Positions 37,603 to 51,384 of a stretch of DNA of 64,000 nt are shown here, in pieces. The first letter of the stretch is position 1. Each line of letters begins with the position of its first letter. This DNA comes from Podarcis bocagei (lineage: Eukaryota): assembly GCA_964188305.1 (NCBI GenBank), contig OZ076886.1. One strand, written 5' to 3'. Below the pieces are notes generated by a model. The model was given only the letters and a program-made list of their open reading frames with translations. It made no database searches and was not told where the DNA came from. The position numbers and the translations under genes were made by a program.

Positions 37603-40600
37603 CAGTACATCTGTATTCTTTATTTTTATTTATATTTTGGTGTATCTGAAGTTGCTCTCTCCCCTTTACATAGAGACTGTACTGTGATATATGCAAAGTC
37701 ACATTAGTTTATGCTGGGTGCAGGGTGGGGTTTGTGTAAAGTTAAAACTTTTGACGGAGAAGGCTTCCCCTTTATTTATTTTCAGCTTTGTGGTGGTAGT
37801 GTGAACATGTGTGCACAATGGGGGGAAATAAAATAAAATAAAGCAAAATCCACTTGAGTAAATGTGCTTTGAAAAGACATGCAGAGTATCTGCTAGCCAC
37901 TACAAACAACATAATCAGTACAACAAACTGATAATACAATACATCTACTTATGCCAAGAACCAGGAAGAAGCAACCAAACACGATAGAAAAGCATGGGCA
38001 GATCTTAACTCTGAGCAAAAGAATGAGTCATTAACTAGAGGTGGAGAAACACTAACCATGACATGGTTCAAACCTAGCCACCATCATCTTTACTTTCCCA
38101 CAATTCCCGTGTGGTAGGTTGGCATTAGCCTGTCTTCACACACAGATGTATCTGCTTGCCTCCACAAGGTTTGGACTAACTTGAAAATTACAATGAAGGC
38201 AGCATTCATAACAAATTAAGGCGTCACCACAAATAATCAAATCCTGGCAATTCCTCAGTGCTGAAAGCACACAGCAACTTGCTCAGCACATCTTTTGAGG
38301 GAGTTATATTTACATCTGGAGTAATGCAAACCACATTTACTAGTATTTTCAGAAGGGATGAATAATCTAGTAATAAAAATAATAAAAGTGAAACTAAATC
38401 TGGAAGAAATATGCCTCATACCAGTAGCTGTTTTGTGGAAGATTTTTTGTTTGTTTGTTTTGAAGAAAAATAAACAAAAACCTGAAGCCCATAAACTAAC
38501 TCTTGTTATAGGCACATAGTGTCAGAATTACAACAGATCAACAGCCCATCTGTGTGTGACCACCAGCCATTCAACAAATAGACCCAAAGCTTTAAATCAA
38601 CACCGTTGTAAAATTGCACATTATGTAATCATTTAATGAAGCTGTATGTGGTGCTTGTCACCTACAAAACGCTTAAACACAGAAAGAGAAAAATATGTTT
38701 TTACATTCAATTACTGGTTTTAATCAGAAATTTCCTTCTTGTCTAATGAGATATATCTTCTAATTAAAAGGGAGAAAAAAGCTATAAGCACAAGGATTAC
38801 AGATTTATTGCTAAAGCTACCTTTTCTTGCTTGATGGGGGACACAGAGGCAATATCAATTACAGCCTTTAAAAGCAGGAAAGCTGGTGTCGCACTTTTTG
38901 TCACCATCTTTCCCTGGCTTTCAAGCGCTTATGAACAAGCAGGAAAACTGATGATGAGATCTGCTCTCGCAAAGACACAGAATTACATTAACCAACAGTG
39001 TAATGAAGTAAAAGGGCACTCATTTAAGCAAACAAAGTGGGCATTACATGAGGAAGAAAAAATACTAATATGCATATTGACTTATTTCCTCACTCGCTCA
39101 TGCAAAAAGGTTCATGACTCATGAAAAAGACTGGAGGCTGTTTGGTTTTAAAATTGAAATGCAAAACTAAATAACAGCTTTAATTGAGAACTCAGGCTTC
39201 CTCCCATCAATCCAGGGCATTGGGAGAAGGAGTTCCTCTCGGCCACTCATGCCTAAAGCCTGAGAGATGGTGTTGCCCTTGGAGGGAGGCACAAAAATGA
39301 GAAATCCTGTCAACTCTTTTCCATGAATTATTTAACTCTCTCTCTACGTTAGAAATAAATAAATTAGGGGTATGCCTGCTCTTGGACATCTAGAGTTGTA
39401 TTAATCTTCTCAACATAGTAGTTGGTGCCAGGTCAAGAAGGGCAAGATGCAGCAGAAAGCCCTCTATGCAAGTTCTTGGCAGAATGCTGAGCATCTCAGC
39501 TATAATATTTGAATTCAAGCCACCAGGCAATAGTAAGGCAAATAAAGAACTCCAAATCTGCCATTGTTGTAATCTGTACAGACTTTTGAGTTTCTAATGT
39601 ATTAAATGTAGAATTATTAAGATCCTCAGGCATTAGAGGTAAAACACACTTATAAAACTGATAAGAGATTGAGGACAGCTAGAAAAAGTATCTCAAGCAA
39701 CTCTTTCCCCCTTTGATTTCTCTTTTAGGACAATGTTCCCCTTCTTTCATTGTACTTTACCATCAGCTACTTCATGCTGGCTGCAAATATTCATAACCAC
39801 ATGAAAAAAATATTTTGGAATATATTTTGGGTTAGAGTTCAATCAGACCTTACACTGCAGGGAAAAAAATGTCCTAGGCAGCCTGTGGAATTCCTGAAAG
39901 TTAGTGTGTGGATATATAATTTTGAAAACTGCTTGGGTGGCAGGGAGTGGGCAGGGGTAATGAGGAAATTCAGAAGAATATCCCTCTAAATTATCTCTAT
40001 ACAACTATCTCTAAATAACTACATCTAAAATGCTTTTGCTAAAAAATTTAAGCTGGGTTGCAAACTCCCGAAATAGTACAAACATACAACAAAGATATTG
40101 ATAATTGCATACATCCTTCTAGCTGAGAAGGGGGCTAGTTCTACCAAGTGGTAAAGTGGAGCTCCTAAAACTCCATAGGGACGTAATAAATGGCTCCATG
40201 TTTAAAAGCACTTAAGTAAGGAATTTTGACGGTCATCATAATATTTTATCTCCTGATAAAAGGATTTAACAACCAATTGTCTGAAAAGGCAGAGTTGTCT
40301 TTGATGTGCACAGGCTTAGAAAAGAAGCACTCTTGAGCTGCTAATATCTCTTTTTGTCTACATGGCAATCCAGACTCATCAGTAATAACTTGAAGGTGGT
40401 CTTGATTGATCTTGATTGTTGGAGAGAGATGGAGAATGGACAGTAGGCCGAATATCCCAACACAATGGTGCATTTCTGTTAACTTGCAGACAATTCATGG
40501 ATGGCACATAACAATAACCCAAATATGACTTAGCATGAAATAGCAGATGTGCAGACTACCAAAGAGGATATTGTGGTAGCTTTTCTCCTTCCCAGTCATT

Positions 40601-41929
40601 CATCTGCTGTGCTGAGATAAGGAATGTCTAATGTATAGACATGTTTAGCAGGCATGTTTAAAAATTGTCTAGTATACTAATGATAATCTGGCTAGAGAAA
40701 AATTACTAATTTAACAAAGGATACTAAACTCAGCACTCAAATCTTAAATCAGATTTCTGACATAAAGTATTATTATCATTATGTATTATATTGGTTATTG
40801 TATAAATAGTTAACCTGTGTTTCAGCAACCTATCAGTATGCATGTTTTTCAGGAAATACATTAATCAAAAACTTAGAATCTTAAAAAAAACCCACACAAT
40901 TATTTAAATAACTTTGATTTATTTTTTTTAGTGATCCAATCTGAATGAAAAGGTTTGGAGAAACAAACTGTCTCTTGGACCCTCGAGATGGCATTTCTAC
41001 TCCAAGCTATTTTATTTCAGTTGCCAGCAAGTCTACTTATTTGCAAAGGAATAAATATTGGCTTCGGTAAAATATCACATAGCTGTGTGAATTTACTTTT
41101 TTTGAAGCAAGGAAATAGCTCAATGGATGGCACCCCAGCTTTGCTGTCAACAGAGAGTATAGAAGCTGTTGTTTGAAAATGTAATTGACATTGTATTTTA
41201 ACCAAATTGGAGGCAATTAGCTTTCCCAGATCCTAACCAATGTGAGTTGCAGATGTTCCATCTCCTCTGCTCAGAATTAGTGACTTGAGCAGCACTATAA
41301 ACAAATCAGCTAGGTTTAAAGTAGTCACTTTGTTTTCTGAAAACAGACCGGTCTATTTTTCAAGCTTACATAATTCAGTGCTGGATCAATACATTTTCAT
41401 GATTTTTTTTTTATTAGGATAGTGAGTGAGCATAAGGCAGGGAACTACAAAGAAATTTAAGGATTGGAATGATGGAACAGAAAGAACTTCTTCTAATCTG
41501 TACACCAAAGTTAGATTTCAATCCTACACCCCCCAAAAAAGCTATCACTAGAACGTATACTACTGTATAAGGAAACCCCAGTTCACACGTGTGAGGTGAA
41601 AGTGTGGTGGGAAGAGTAGCCTGAGGACCTTCCCTCTCCAGTAGAGATGGTATGCAGCGAACCAACCCCCTGGGCAAACTGCCAATTGTGTGATTCTCCT
41701 CCTTGAAAAAAACAAGGGAAGAATCATATGAACTAGGTCTGAGTGCAGCTCAGAGCAAACCATTCTCCAAGTGTGCAATCCTTATGTAGTCAAAATACAG
41801 AGCTATTGCATCTGTATGGTAGAAGGAAAGTGCTGCTTCTACTTTATTTCAATGTTGGCTGAAAGTATGATCCAATGCTAAAAGACACCATCACAACCCA
41901 TTTTACTTAGAGCTGAATTTGATTGCATT

Positions 41930-42095
41930 GTTGTTGTTTAGTCGTTTAGTCGTGTCCGACTCTTTGTGACCCCATGGACCAGAGCACGCCAGGCACTCCT
42001 GTCTTCCACTGCCTCTCGCACTTTGGTCAAACTTATGTTCGTAGCTTCGAGAACACTGTCCAACCATCTCATCCTCGGTCGTCCCCTTCTCCTTG
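41930..42095 (-). mobile_element. 5'-truncated Bov-B (RTE) LINE 3' end
   Basis: Reverse complement gagaaggggacgaccgaggatgagatggttgga...ggtccatggggtcacaaagagtcggacacgact, (CAA)n tail, perfect 12-bp TSD TTTGATTGCATT at 41918-41929 and 42096-42107. Confidence 0.9.
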
Positions 42096-42713
42096 TTTGA
42101 TTGCATTACTGTATTGAAATAAGATCTGAGTGCAAATGGTACTGAAGTTTCTCAGAAGGTCAATTTTACTTCATACCTTTTGTGTCAAAAGGAAGTTTCC
42201 CCTCCCTGCCAAAAGGATTCTTTGGGGTGGGGTGGGGAGTCTGCCAAAGGCCAATTCTCTTCCCTCTCAGGCCCCAGGCTGCATGCTGCTTTCTGCTGCC
42301 AAGGATATTCTCTGGCAGCATGCATATGCCAGCCTTATCTTCATCCATTATTACTAACCTAACATCCTACATATACTATTTGTAAATGCATTCTCTGACT
42401 GCCCATCCTTATGTGGCCAAAATGGTACCATCCATACACATGAGGGAAATTACAGTGGAAAGCCCAAGACTTGCAGGAAAGCCCAAGACTTGCATTGTGG
42501 GGTTTATTTTTTAAATGAAAAAAAAAAAAAATCTCCCCGAAAGTGGGGTGAGGGAGAAAATCTCTAAAACAGGCCGATGGTAACTGAGTGTACTTAGGAA
42601 GTAAAAAATGCTGACTTGACTGCTGGAGAGAGAAAAAAAATGAGGGTGAATAGAAAAATCATAGCTGCTTGGCTGAAACAAGGAACAGAAGCACTTCACC
42701 AAGAAACAGTGTA

Positions 42714-42939
42714 CAGTGGTACCTCGGGTTAAGTACTTAATTCGTTCGGGAGGTCCGTTCTTAACCCGACACTGTTCTTAACCTGAAGCACCACTTTAGC
42801 TAATGGGGCCTCCCGCTGCCGCCGCGCCGCCAGAGCATGATTTCTGTTCTCAGCCTGAAGCAAAGTTCTTAACCTGAAGCACTATTTCTGGGTTAGCGGA
42901 GTCTGTAACCTGAAGCATATGTAACCTGAGGTACCACTG
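42714..42939 (+). mobile_element. Tc1/mariner MITE (family A, CpG-retaining copy)
   Basis: TIRs cagtggtacctcgggtt / aacctgaggtaccactg, TA flanks. Confidence 0.9.
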
Positions 42940-45900
42940 TATAGCAGGCCCCACTTGTTACTGTAACATAGTATTCAAAGCTGCCCATCATCTGTTTTAA
43001 ATATATAAAAATACCAATACATTATTGTTTTGGGTTTGAATACTTCTTTCTGCTTCCCAATAGTTTTGCTTCCTCTGCTACCCTTTCCCCATTTAGGTTC
43101 TTATAGTGTCTGCATATAGCACACTAACTTTTGAAGCCAAAGGCTGGCCTATCACCATCTTCAGGTTCACAGTAATAGCTGCAGACCCTCTTAAATTCTT
43201 ATGCAGAAAACCTTGAACTGAGCAGCCCATTAGAAATTCATAATGAAGGCAAACTAGCAAATAAGTTAAAACCCAAATTCCACTGCACGGACAGGAAAAG
43301 GCCCAGGGTCCCCTTTCAGCAGGATTTATAGCACAATATTCACTGTGACTTTATCAAGAAGATTCCTATAAAATGTGTGAGAGGGCTCTTTGTGTATCTT
43401 AGCCTCTGGAATGCAAACTGTGCAGCAACGGCTATTCTAGCAATGCCTAATTAAAGTGTAAGCTCTGGTATCTGACTTGCCAAGTTGATAATGTGTAAGC
43501 TGTCCCTTTTTTAAAGGCCTTATAAACTCAACCATTTATAGAAGAAATGCACTTTTTACGTGACTTACTGTAAACAGAACTCAAGGTGCAAGCCATTTAC
43601 TATCCCTGGCAGTTCGGTAATGGACTTGCTGAGTGGTGTCATTTCTGAAACTACTTGGCACATGTTGAATAACGGGGCTGCTGTGGTTAAGTAAGATAAG
43701 GCCCCACTATTAAAAACAGAACTGAGTGCTAGGGAGTTGGATTGTCTTAAAACAAAATGTACAAACACAAATCTGAATAAATTTGACAGACTCCATAAGG
43801 GCTAAACACTGAGAAAATGGCAGGCTTATCCCAGAGACAAGATGTATTGCTTCACAAGGCAGGGTGGATATATTCTTTATAAAAATAATCTGGTAGCCCA
43901 TAAGAAACATCATTCTTGATGTGTTTTTCCCACTATTAGTTACACTCTGCTTTTGGATATACACCTCTGCAGTCGCAACACACCTACATTCTCATCTGAA
44001 CAATGCATATAGGCAGATTTATATGGGCAGTTATGAACAAGGGCAGAAATAAAGACAATGTTCAAATGAGACAGCTTATCTTAGTTGCTTATCCCTATTT
44101 CCTTGGCTCTAGTCTTCAGTTCTTCTTGGAGGCTCCCAAAACCCACTTATAGGATATATCCTGGGGATATTGCAGGCAACAGTCTTTCTTGTCACTCAGA
44201 ATTCTCCCCGGTTCTGAAAACACAGACAGTTCAACTGAAGTGTTTCACTATCCCTAGGAGGACCTCCTGGTGACAAATTGTCACATACTGCATTTAAGAA
44301 ACAGCTCAACCATCTGGGGGGGAAGGTTTGCCTCTGTAATTATTAGGACTTGACTTTCTGGAAAGCCGAATTGTTTAGTGACTCTGTTTCAGCAATAAAA
44401 GTGGGCAGTGTGTTTTGCTGAAAATCCTACAGAACTATATAGTAATCTACGCTAACAAGTATAAATGAAATGTTCTGCCAGTACTCTGTGCCTTTCTACT
44501 CCCGTACACTTTCACCACAGATGTATGTTCATCCAGATTAGATTTGCAAGGGGCTTGGATATCAAGGCCACTGGGTATTTGCATGTTTACCATACTAGCT
44601 AATTATTTTGGTTTTGTGCCACAACAGACTATACTTCCCCATGGCTAGCTCAGAAGAAAAGGAAGTTATCTGCCATTATTTCTTTTTTTAAAAGAAAAAA
44701 ATGGAATTGGCATAAATGGTACATCCCCAAAGGTCTGTTCATATTGGAGGTCATAATCAGAAGGATTATGGTATACAATTGCTGTACTTCTTCAAATGAA
44801 CAGGGCCCTACCTCCTACTGCGCAGCTGACACAGGAGGCTAAGACAACTCCATTAGGAGTGCATATCGCTACTCAGCAGTGGTCCTCAGAAGCAGATGGA
44901 GGGCTATTTACTCAAATGCACCATGACTCCTGGCTTATACATGAGCATCTGGGATGTTTCCTAACGTGATGTGATGCACAATGCACTCAAATTTTTCAAC
45001 TGTCCCACATGCAATTAAAGGCCCTGATAAATAATTCCATGGCAAAGGCCTCACAGCTGAATTGAAAAGCAGCAAGGCGTGAGGGGTCAAATGTTTCCGC
45101 GGGATTTCTATTTAACAAACAGAACTGCTTATAAAGGAATGTCTCTACTGCGCTGCTGCAGAGTTTTTTCACACAGCACAACCAACAGAAACAGGGAGCT
45201 GAGTAGCTGGCAACTACTGCCGTCTCCATTTAAAGTGCAATAATTTTGTATCTTGCATGGAGAATCAAAGAAATACACAAACAAACACAAATCCACACCC
45301 AGCCACACATATGTATCTTAAAAACAGTTATCAGGTTCTGTTTATGAACATAAAACAGGAACTCTCATTGACCATAAAGGATGTAATCAACACTATGTGT
45401 GGATACATAGCTACTGCCATTCCAATCCCTTTGGGAAAGCAAGATAGTAAGCATTACAGCAATCCATTAGTTCATCCTTTGATGTGGGTTTTATTCTCTT
45501 TAAACTGTGTTCTAGCCTTAAGGATTTTTCCTTCATTGCCTGTAAATGCAGCTATCTGAAGCAGGGGAGTGAATAAGCGTCCTGCTGCTTAAAATGCAAG
45601 GGCAACATTTTCACGAGTAATTGGACATGTCAAAATATAAAACAGCCTTATTAAAATTTCTTGTTTACAGCACTCAGGCAATGCCAGCTTCCCACTCTTC
45701 AGAGGAAATGCATGGAAGAAAAGGAACTCAGCAGGAAAGAACACACTTGTTTTCATACAGTTATATTAAAAGTTGCATACCTCCAGGATAAACATTATTT
45801 GAAAAGAACACTGCTGTGGTGTCGCTTTAGAACTATGTTGTTTTCAAACGGGAACATCTCTTCCTCCCCACATCACGTTAAACAAAAGCATTTACAACTT

Positions 45901-45959
45901 CAGTTCTGAGCCAGTTATCCAGTAACAAATTTTTAACAAACCAGTAATATTTGAAACGT

Positions 45960-46147
45960 AAGAAGCTGCATCATATTGAATCAGAACACTGGTCCTTGTT
46001 GCTCAGTAATGTCCACACTGACCAGTGGCGGCTCTCTAAGATTTCAGACAATAGTATCTGCAAGCTCTACCTTTAGATGCTGGGGATTGAACTTGGAACC
46101 TTTTGCATGCAAAGAAGAACTCTACTGCTCTACCACTCTACTACAGT
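45960..46147 (-). mobile_element. Old tRNA-derived SINE
   Basis: gggattgaacttggaaccttttgcatgcaaag...tgctctaccact is the reverse complement of a B box/A box tRNA head. Body shared with 12580-12965 and, more weakly, ~32960-33170. Confidence 0.65.
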
Positions 46148-46374
46148 CTTTTGCGAATTCACATGCATTTAAGAACTCAGCTCAAGGGCATCCCTTCAGT
46201 GTCATTGACACAGTCCTGTGGAGTACTCCACCAACAGACTTTTCTATTCCTCCAGGTCTATGCAGGCAATTAAGAGTACACCCTTCCACAATGATTAATT
46301 GAGGTATGTTTTTAACTTTTTGATGGCTTTATTGTATTATTGCACTGTTTTGTTTTTATAGCTGTAAACCACTT

Positions 46375-46468
46375 AAAAAACAATTTTTATTAAAGATTTT
46401 CTTGGGTTACAAAAGTATGTGCATTGTCTCTATTTTCAGGTCATAAGAGTCTTTTCTATTGATAATTT
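46375..46468 (-). mobile_element. 94-bp L1 3'-tip insertion with 14-bp TSD
   Basis: TSD GCTGTAAACCACTT at 46361-46374 and 46469-46482. Reverse complement tacttttgtaacccaagaaaatctttaat matches the L1 tail at 6542-6570. Confidence 0.75.
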
Positions 46469-49400
46469 GCTGTAAACCACTTTGATATTTTTCATGCTAT
46501 AGCAATATACAATTTTTAATATATATATAAATAAGACTAAATTTGGGGGAGTTCATTCTGCCAATGATGTCAGTTCCACTGGCGGGCAAAAAAAGATCAG
46601 ATTTTACCATTAATTGTTATTTTCTTGTTGAATTGTTCTTCTATCATGAAGGAGCTTCCTATAACCAATGCTGATCATGAAATGAAATGAAGAGTAACAA
46701 CTAAGCTTCCCTGGTTTTTGGATAGTATGAGAGTCAATTTAAGATGATAATCTTCAACCTAATATGGTTTAGAGCACTGGTCCCTTATTAAGTGTGAAAA
46801 GGCTCAGATTATAATATAACAAAATGCACAAAAATGTAATACATCATAATTTAACTACAAATAAGGCTTATGTTACTGTTAGAATGTAGGGTGTGCATCT
46901 ATCGAAAAGGTCTGATTTGAGAAAGTTTTAACTTTTGTTATGCCAAATAAGTTAAAATATAACAACAAAGGAATCAAGTTGTTGGTTTTTCCCCAGCAGG
47001 AATTTTAAAGTGTGTGACAGGTGAAAGGAGACATATAGGCATGTTGAAATGATGGATAGGTGCAAAGGAGAATGCTGTGTTTACTCTGATTTCTTTTACC
47101 ACCATCAAGTTAGCTTTCTGACTGTGGGGCAGGAGCTGCCCTGTCCTCCTGGCCTGGGCACTGTCATCTGCTCTGCTCCTGATTCTGATGGGCAGGGTGG
47201 GGGAGAAGGGGGTATCTCTAGGGAGAGCGAGACAGGTAGAACTGCCACCACCACCATGAAGTTGCTGCTATTCTATACAGTCAGAATCTGCAGAGGAAGA
47301 CCTTGTAAAACTATGTTTTAAGAACTGTAACTTTAAGAACTTCCTTTATTTAAAAGCATTTATAAACTGCTTAATAGTTTTTTAAATCTCTTAATTTTCA
47401 CTTGACCTTGCTTTGCTGTCCACCCTCTCATTCCTCGTTTCCTTGTGTGGGGCAGGGCCTTAGTAGTGATTTTTTTAAAAAATCGCATAATACTAAAAAT
47501 ACTAATACTAAAAAGTGATATTCTCTCTCTCTCTCTCATACAATAAAGCATGTTAAAACAATGAGCAATCTCAGTGCAGTAACATTTATAAAAACACACA
47601 GTAAAGCCTGGATTGAAGAACTGCAGCATCAGTATCATAAAGCTGTCCGGAACGACTGGAATGAATAAAAACATTTTTATCTACTGCATAATTAGAGTGA
47701 AGTTGGTGCCAGGCATGCCTTTCTTTTATCATGGAGAGTTTTCTAGAGAAGGGAGTTACTATAGAGAAGGCCTGTGTCTGTCTTTCATATGGGAAGAGGT
47801 GGCCCTTTAGGTAGTAGGGTCATGGGCTGCATAGGGCTTCGTAAGGTCAAAACAAACACTTTAAATTAAACCATCATTTAAAAACTGGCAGCTAGAAGCA
47901 GTGTTGTGTGTTCACACCTTCCTGCTTTTGTTAATGCTCTGGCTGCTCAGTTGCCTCCAGGAAGGCTGGTGTAAACCCCAGGGCCGATCTGGGAGAGAGC
48001 AACAGGCATGTTTGAGGGGTGGTGGAAAGATGGAGAAAAAGGGGAAGTTATGGCATGTAAGCTGAAGTCATTCTGCTCACACAATGACTTTGTTAGTTGC
48101 AACCCATACACAGCAGGGCTAGATTTGGAGCGTAAGTAAAAACACCCAAATGGCAGAGTGCTCCCTGGACATTTGGCTATATAAACAGGCTATAGCTGAT
48201 TTCAGAATTATTCACACTGAAAGAGAACTGAAGTTTTGTGAGGAGGAAGGAATATCTAGCTTGAAGACATTGAAAACTGTCACAACAGAGAAATGTAGAC
48301 TGGGCTATTTCAATCTTTGGGTTGATGTAGCTTATTTGGATTGGCTTTGCTCAGATAAAGTACATATGAGCACAAGACCCTTTACATGTATCAATAAAAT
48401 CCTATAGAAATACAACCAAAGCAAAGTGAAAGGAAGGAAAAATACCTAAAAGGGAGTTCCCTAAAACTGGAGGGTTGTTTTTTTCTTAATAAAAAGGTAT
48501 CCAGAAATCTCTAAAGGGGATGAATAAAGATGAACATCTGGAGGAAATGAGCCCACGGCAAAGGGCCCATTGTTTGCTGATTTGAAGATAGAATCAAAAG
48601 ATATATAAGAAGTCAGCTGCAGATCTTCTGTACATCCATGATTTTTAGTTACCAGCTTTGCTGGCAATGGTTTTTGCTGTTAAGTAGCCTGTGTAAAATT
48701 TTTGTAAAAGAGCATTTCCTCTGTGAGTAGGTGACTTCAAGATTTATTGCAGCAATGGGTTAAATTAAGATGATGAGAATAGAATAGACCAAAAATTAAA
48801 TTTGATAAGAGTCAAATGTATCATCAAAACAAGAACACTTTTGAAGATGCTCCAGAACTCTTTTTACATGCCCCAAATATTTTTGGAATGGTGCAAGACA
48901 CCAGCCTTTTAAATACAATTTGCCCATTTTTCTGCTGTTTTGATTAACATTCAGTTTAACTAGAAAAGTCTGAACCCTGGGAAAATACGTAGCAGAAGAT
49001 TGCAGCTCTCAAAGTGCGTTGTTTTGGCCAGCTGAAGAAATAATGCCAGTTGACATCTAGCTTGAAGTCTATAAGGACTTAGGCCAACATCATTCAAGGT
49101 TAAGTGACACTTTAAAGAACATTAAATTAGCTGTTGACAGTTGGATAGATAGATCGATGAGTGATTGCCTTGGAGTCCCCACAATGACCACAAAGGGCAG
49201 AGAAGAGAGTATAATAAAGTTTCAAGTTTGGTGAATATGGTTCTGACCAAATGAAATTGCCATGACTTAAATGTATGCCTTTGGAAACTTGTGTCTCTGA
49301 TTATTTAATCTAAATGGTCGTTTGTTCCTTCTCTGTGCTGGTGATAAACATAGTCAAATAGCGTTTAGGATACAAAAACGCTGATAATTTTTTTTATATG

Positions 49401-51384
49401 GAAAACCCAATCCTATGTACATACCAATGTTTCCCACAGCAAATAGGTGAACTGTGGACAAACAGATGTGCACTTAAATACTTGTGTTCATATCACTCTG
49501 GCCGAACATGGGACTGCTGTACCCTTTATGCTCTCTAGTATTTTTTGTGGGAAACACTGTCGTATATATCGAACAGGTTTTTCATGTAAAGTACGGTGCT
49601 GCTCTGAAGACAACACAGATGTGGGAGAAAAGCTTTAATTTTACTTGGGGGTGAGAAAGGAGGAGGAGTTTAAAGTTTACACACACACTGACCTAAGCAA
49701 ATTCAAGACACCTCCATTCAATTGAATTTTGGCTCAGCCTAGTTTTTGGCTCACTGTGTGCTCAACAGATGTTCTCATTAGAATATTCCCCATGATGTTT
49801 TTAAAATAAAATTAACTGAACTTATAAATCTGTAATTAGCACCATCTTACAGAACAAATCAGAACAAGTTTACCAAAGTACTCTATTTACAATGAGAGTG
49901 AGTTTACCCCCAGGGCTTGCTTTACTATTTTGTTTCAATTTTCATGTAATTTCATCCATCACTTTTTTTCAATCCTCCAAAGATGATGGATAAAACACAG
50001 AAATAAATAGGACCAACTGTTCACAGATGCCTAAGGGAAAACATAATTTTGTTATAAATAATCCTTGGCACAAATCATGGAAATGCTATCTGAAAATTGT
50101 TTGTTGAATAGTTTATGAATACGGGCTTTAGCTTCAAGTTTGCAAATAAGGTGTAGTGCTCCCCAACCTTCGTTAAGTTGGAACCCAATCCTATACAAAA
50201 AACTGAACAGATATACAAACAGAAATCAAGGTTGCTTTAAGTTTCTGCTCAAACAGGAGCCCCATGGGATACTGCCTTTTATTTGTATGTATACATGGAG
50301 CAGAAAGCATGCACAAAAGGTGACACATGTTTCAGAATTCTTCTTGTAAAACATCATAAGAAGTTTGATTCCTGCTTTATGATTTGTCATAAAGGGGAAA
50401 AACTAAGAAATACAAACTGATAACGATTTATACAGAATGAAAGAATGGGCATTTCATATATATAATGTTTAGTGTGTTTTTTCCTAGGTCTAATCAAAAA
50501 TAGCAAACCCAACCATCTAATTATTTTCAGGAAAAACAAAGGTTAGACGTTACAGTGAAACAAACAAAAAATATACAAAGGAGCTCCATCACTAAGTGTG
50601 ATAAGTGGTGGTATTAGGATATGGAGAGAATGTAGGGCAAAACCCTGTTCCAGAAGGTGCCAGAAGGGGCATTTTCCCAAGCACTTCTAGCTGTTGTCAT
50701 ATTAGGCTGCTTTGGCTCCTGTTTGTGAGACAAGCCAAGTTGTTAAAATGACTGACATGCCCTTAGACACTCTGGATAATGGATCTTCCCAAGGATGTCC
50801 TGTTTTTCCACAACGGTTCTAATCTGTTTGATTGTGATTCTGTGGTAGCTTCCTTTAAAAACATGCTGTGGCTGATCCCTCCTCCCCCCCCCCCGCAACT
50901 CTGTATTAACAGTATTTGGTGCAAAACCTTTTGCGAATGGACCTTCTTTGTCAGTGTGAACTCTCTTAGGAGAATCTGCAATTCACAATATGGGAATTGC
51001 AATTTTTATATTATATATATTTCATCTATCAGACATAGATGGGGGGGAAAAACCACCTGTAGGGTTGTTTTTTACTGTGTCCATGCTGGGAACTACAGAT
51101 TTTCTGTAGGGAGTTCACAGTGACAAATTAAGCGATGCTGTTATAAACGACATAACTTGTCTTACAAAATTATATATAGAATTTGATCTGAGTTTAAAAC
51201 ATACCTGCCATGAAAGAGATTCACCCATGTTTTAATAAGGCCAATTCCCATTTTCCAATAAGCCTTTGAATGCAACGTTTTTATAACATTTGAAGTCTTC
51301 TCAATATTCTTGCATTTTCCTCATAAACAGATTAGGTATTTGCCCTTAGTTATTGCTGCTGTACTGCACAACACTTAACATAGC

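Noticed and set aside
42457-42494. 19-bp tandem duplication (GGAAAGCCCAAGACTTGCA x2) as a CRISPR-like or functional array
   Set aside because: Two adjacent units with no spacer in eukaryotic intron DNA; ordinary slippage.
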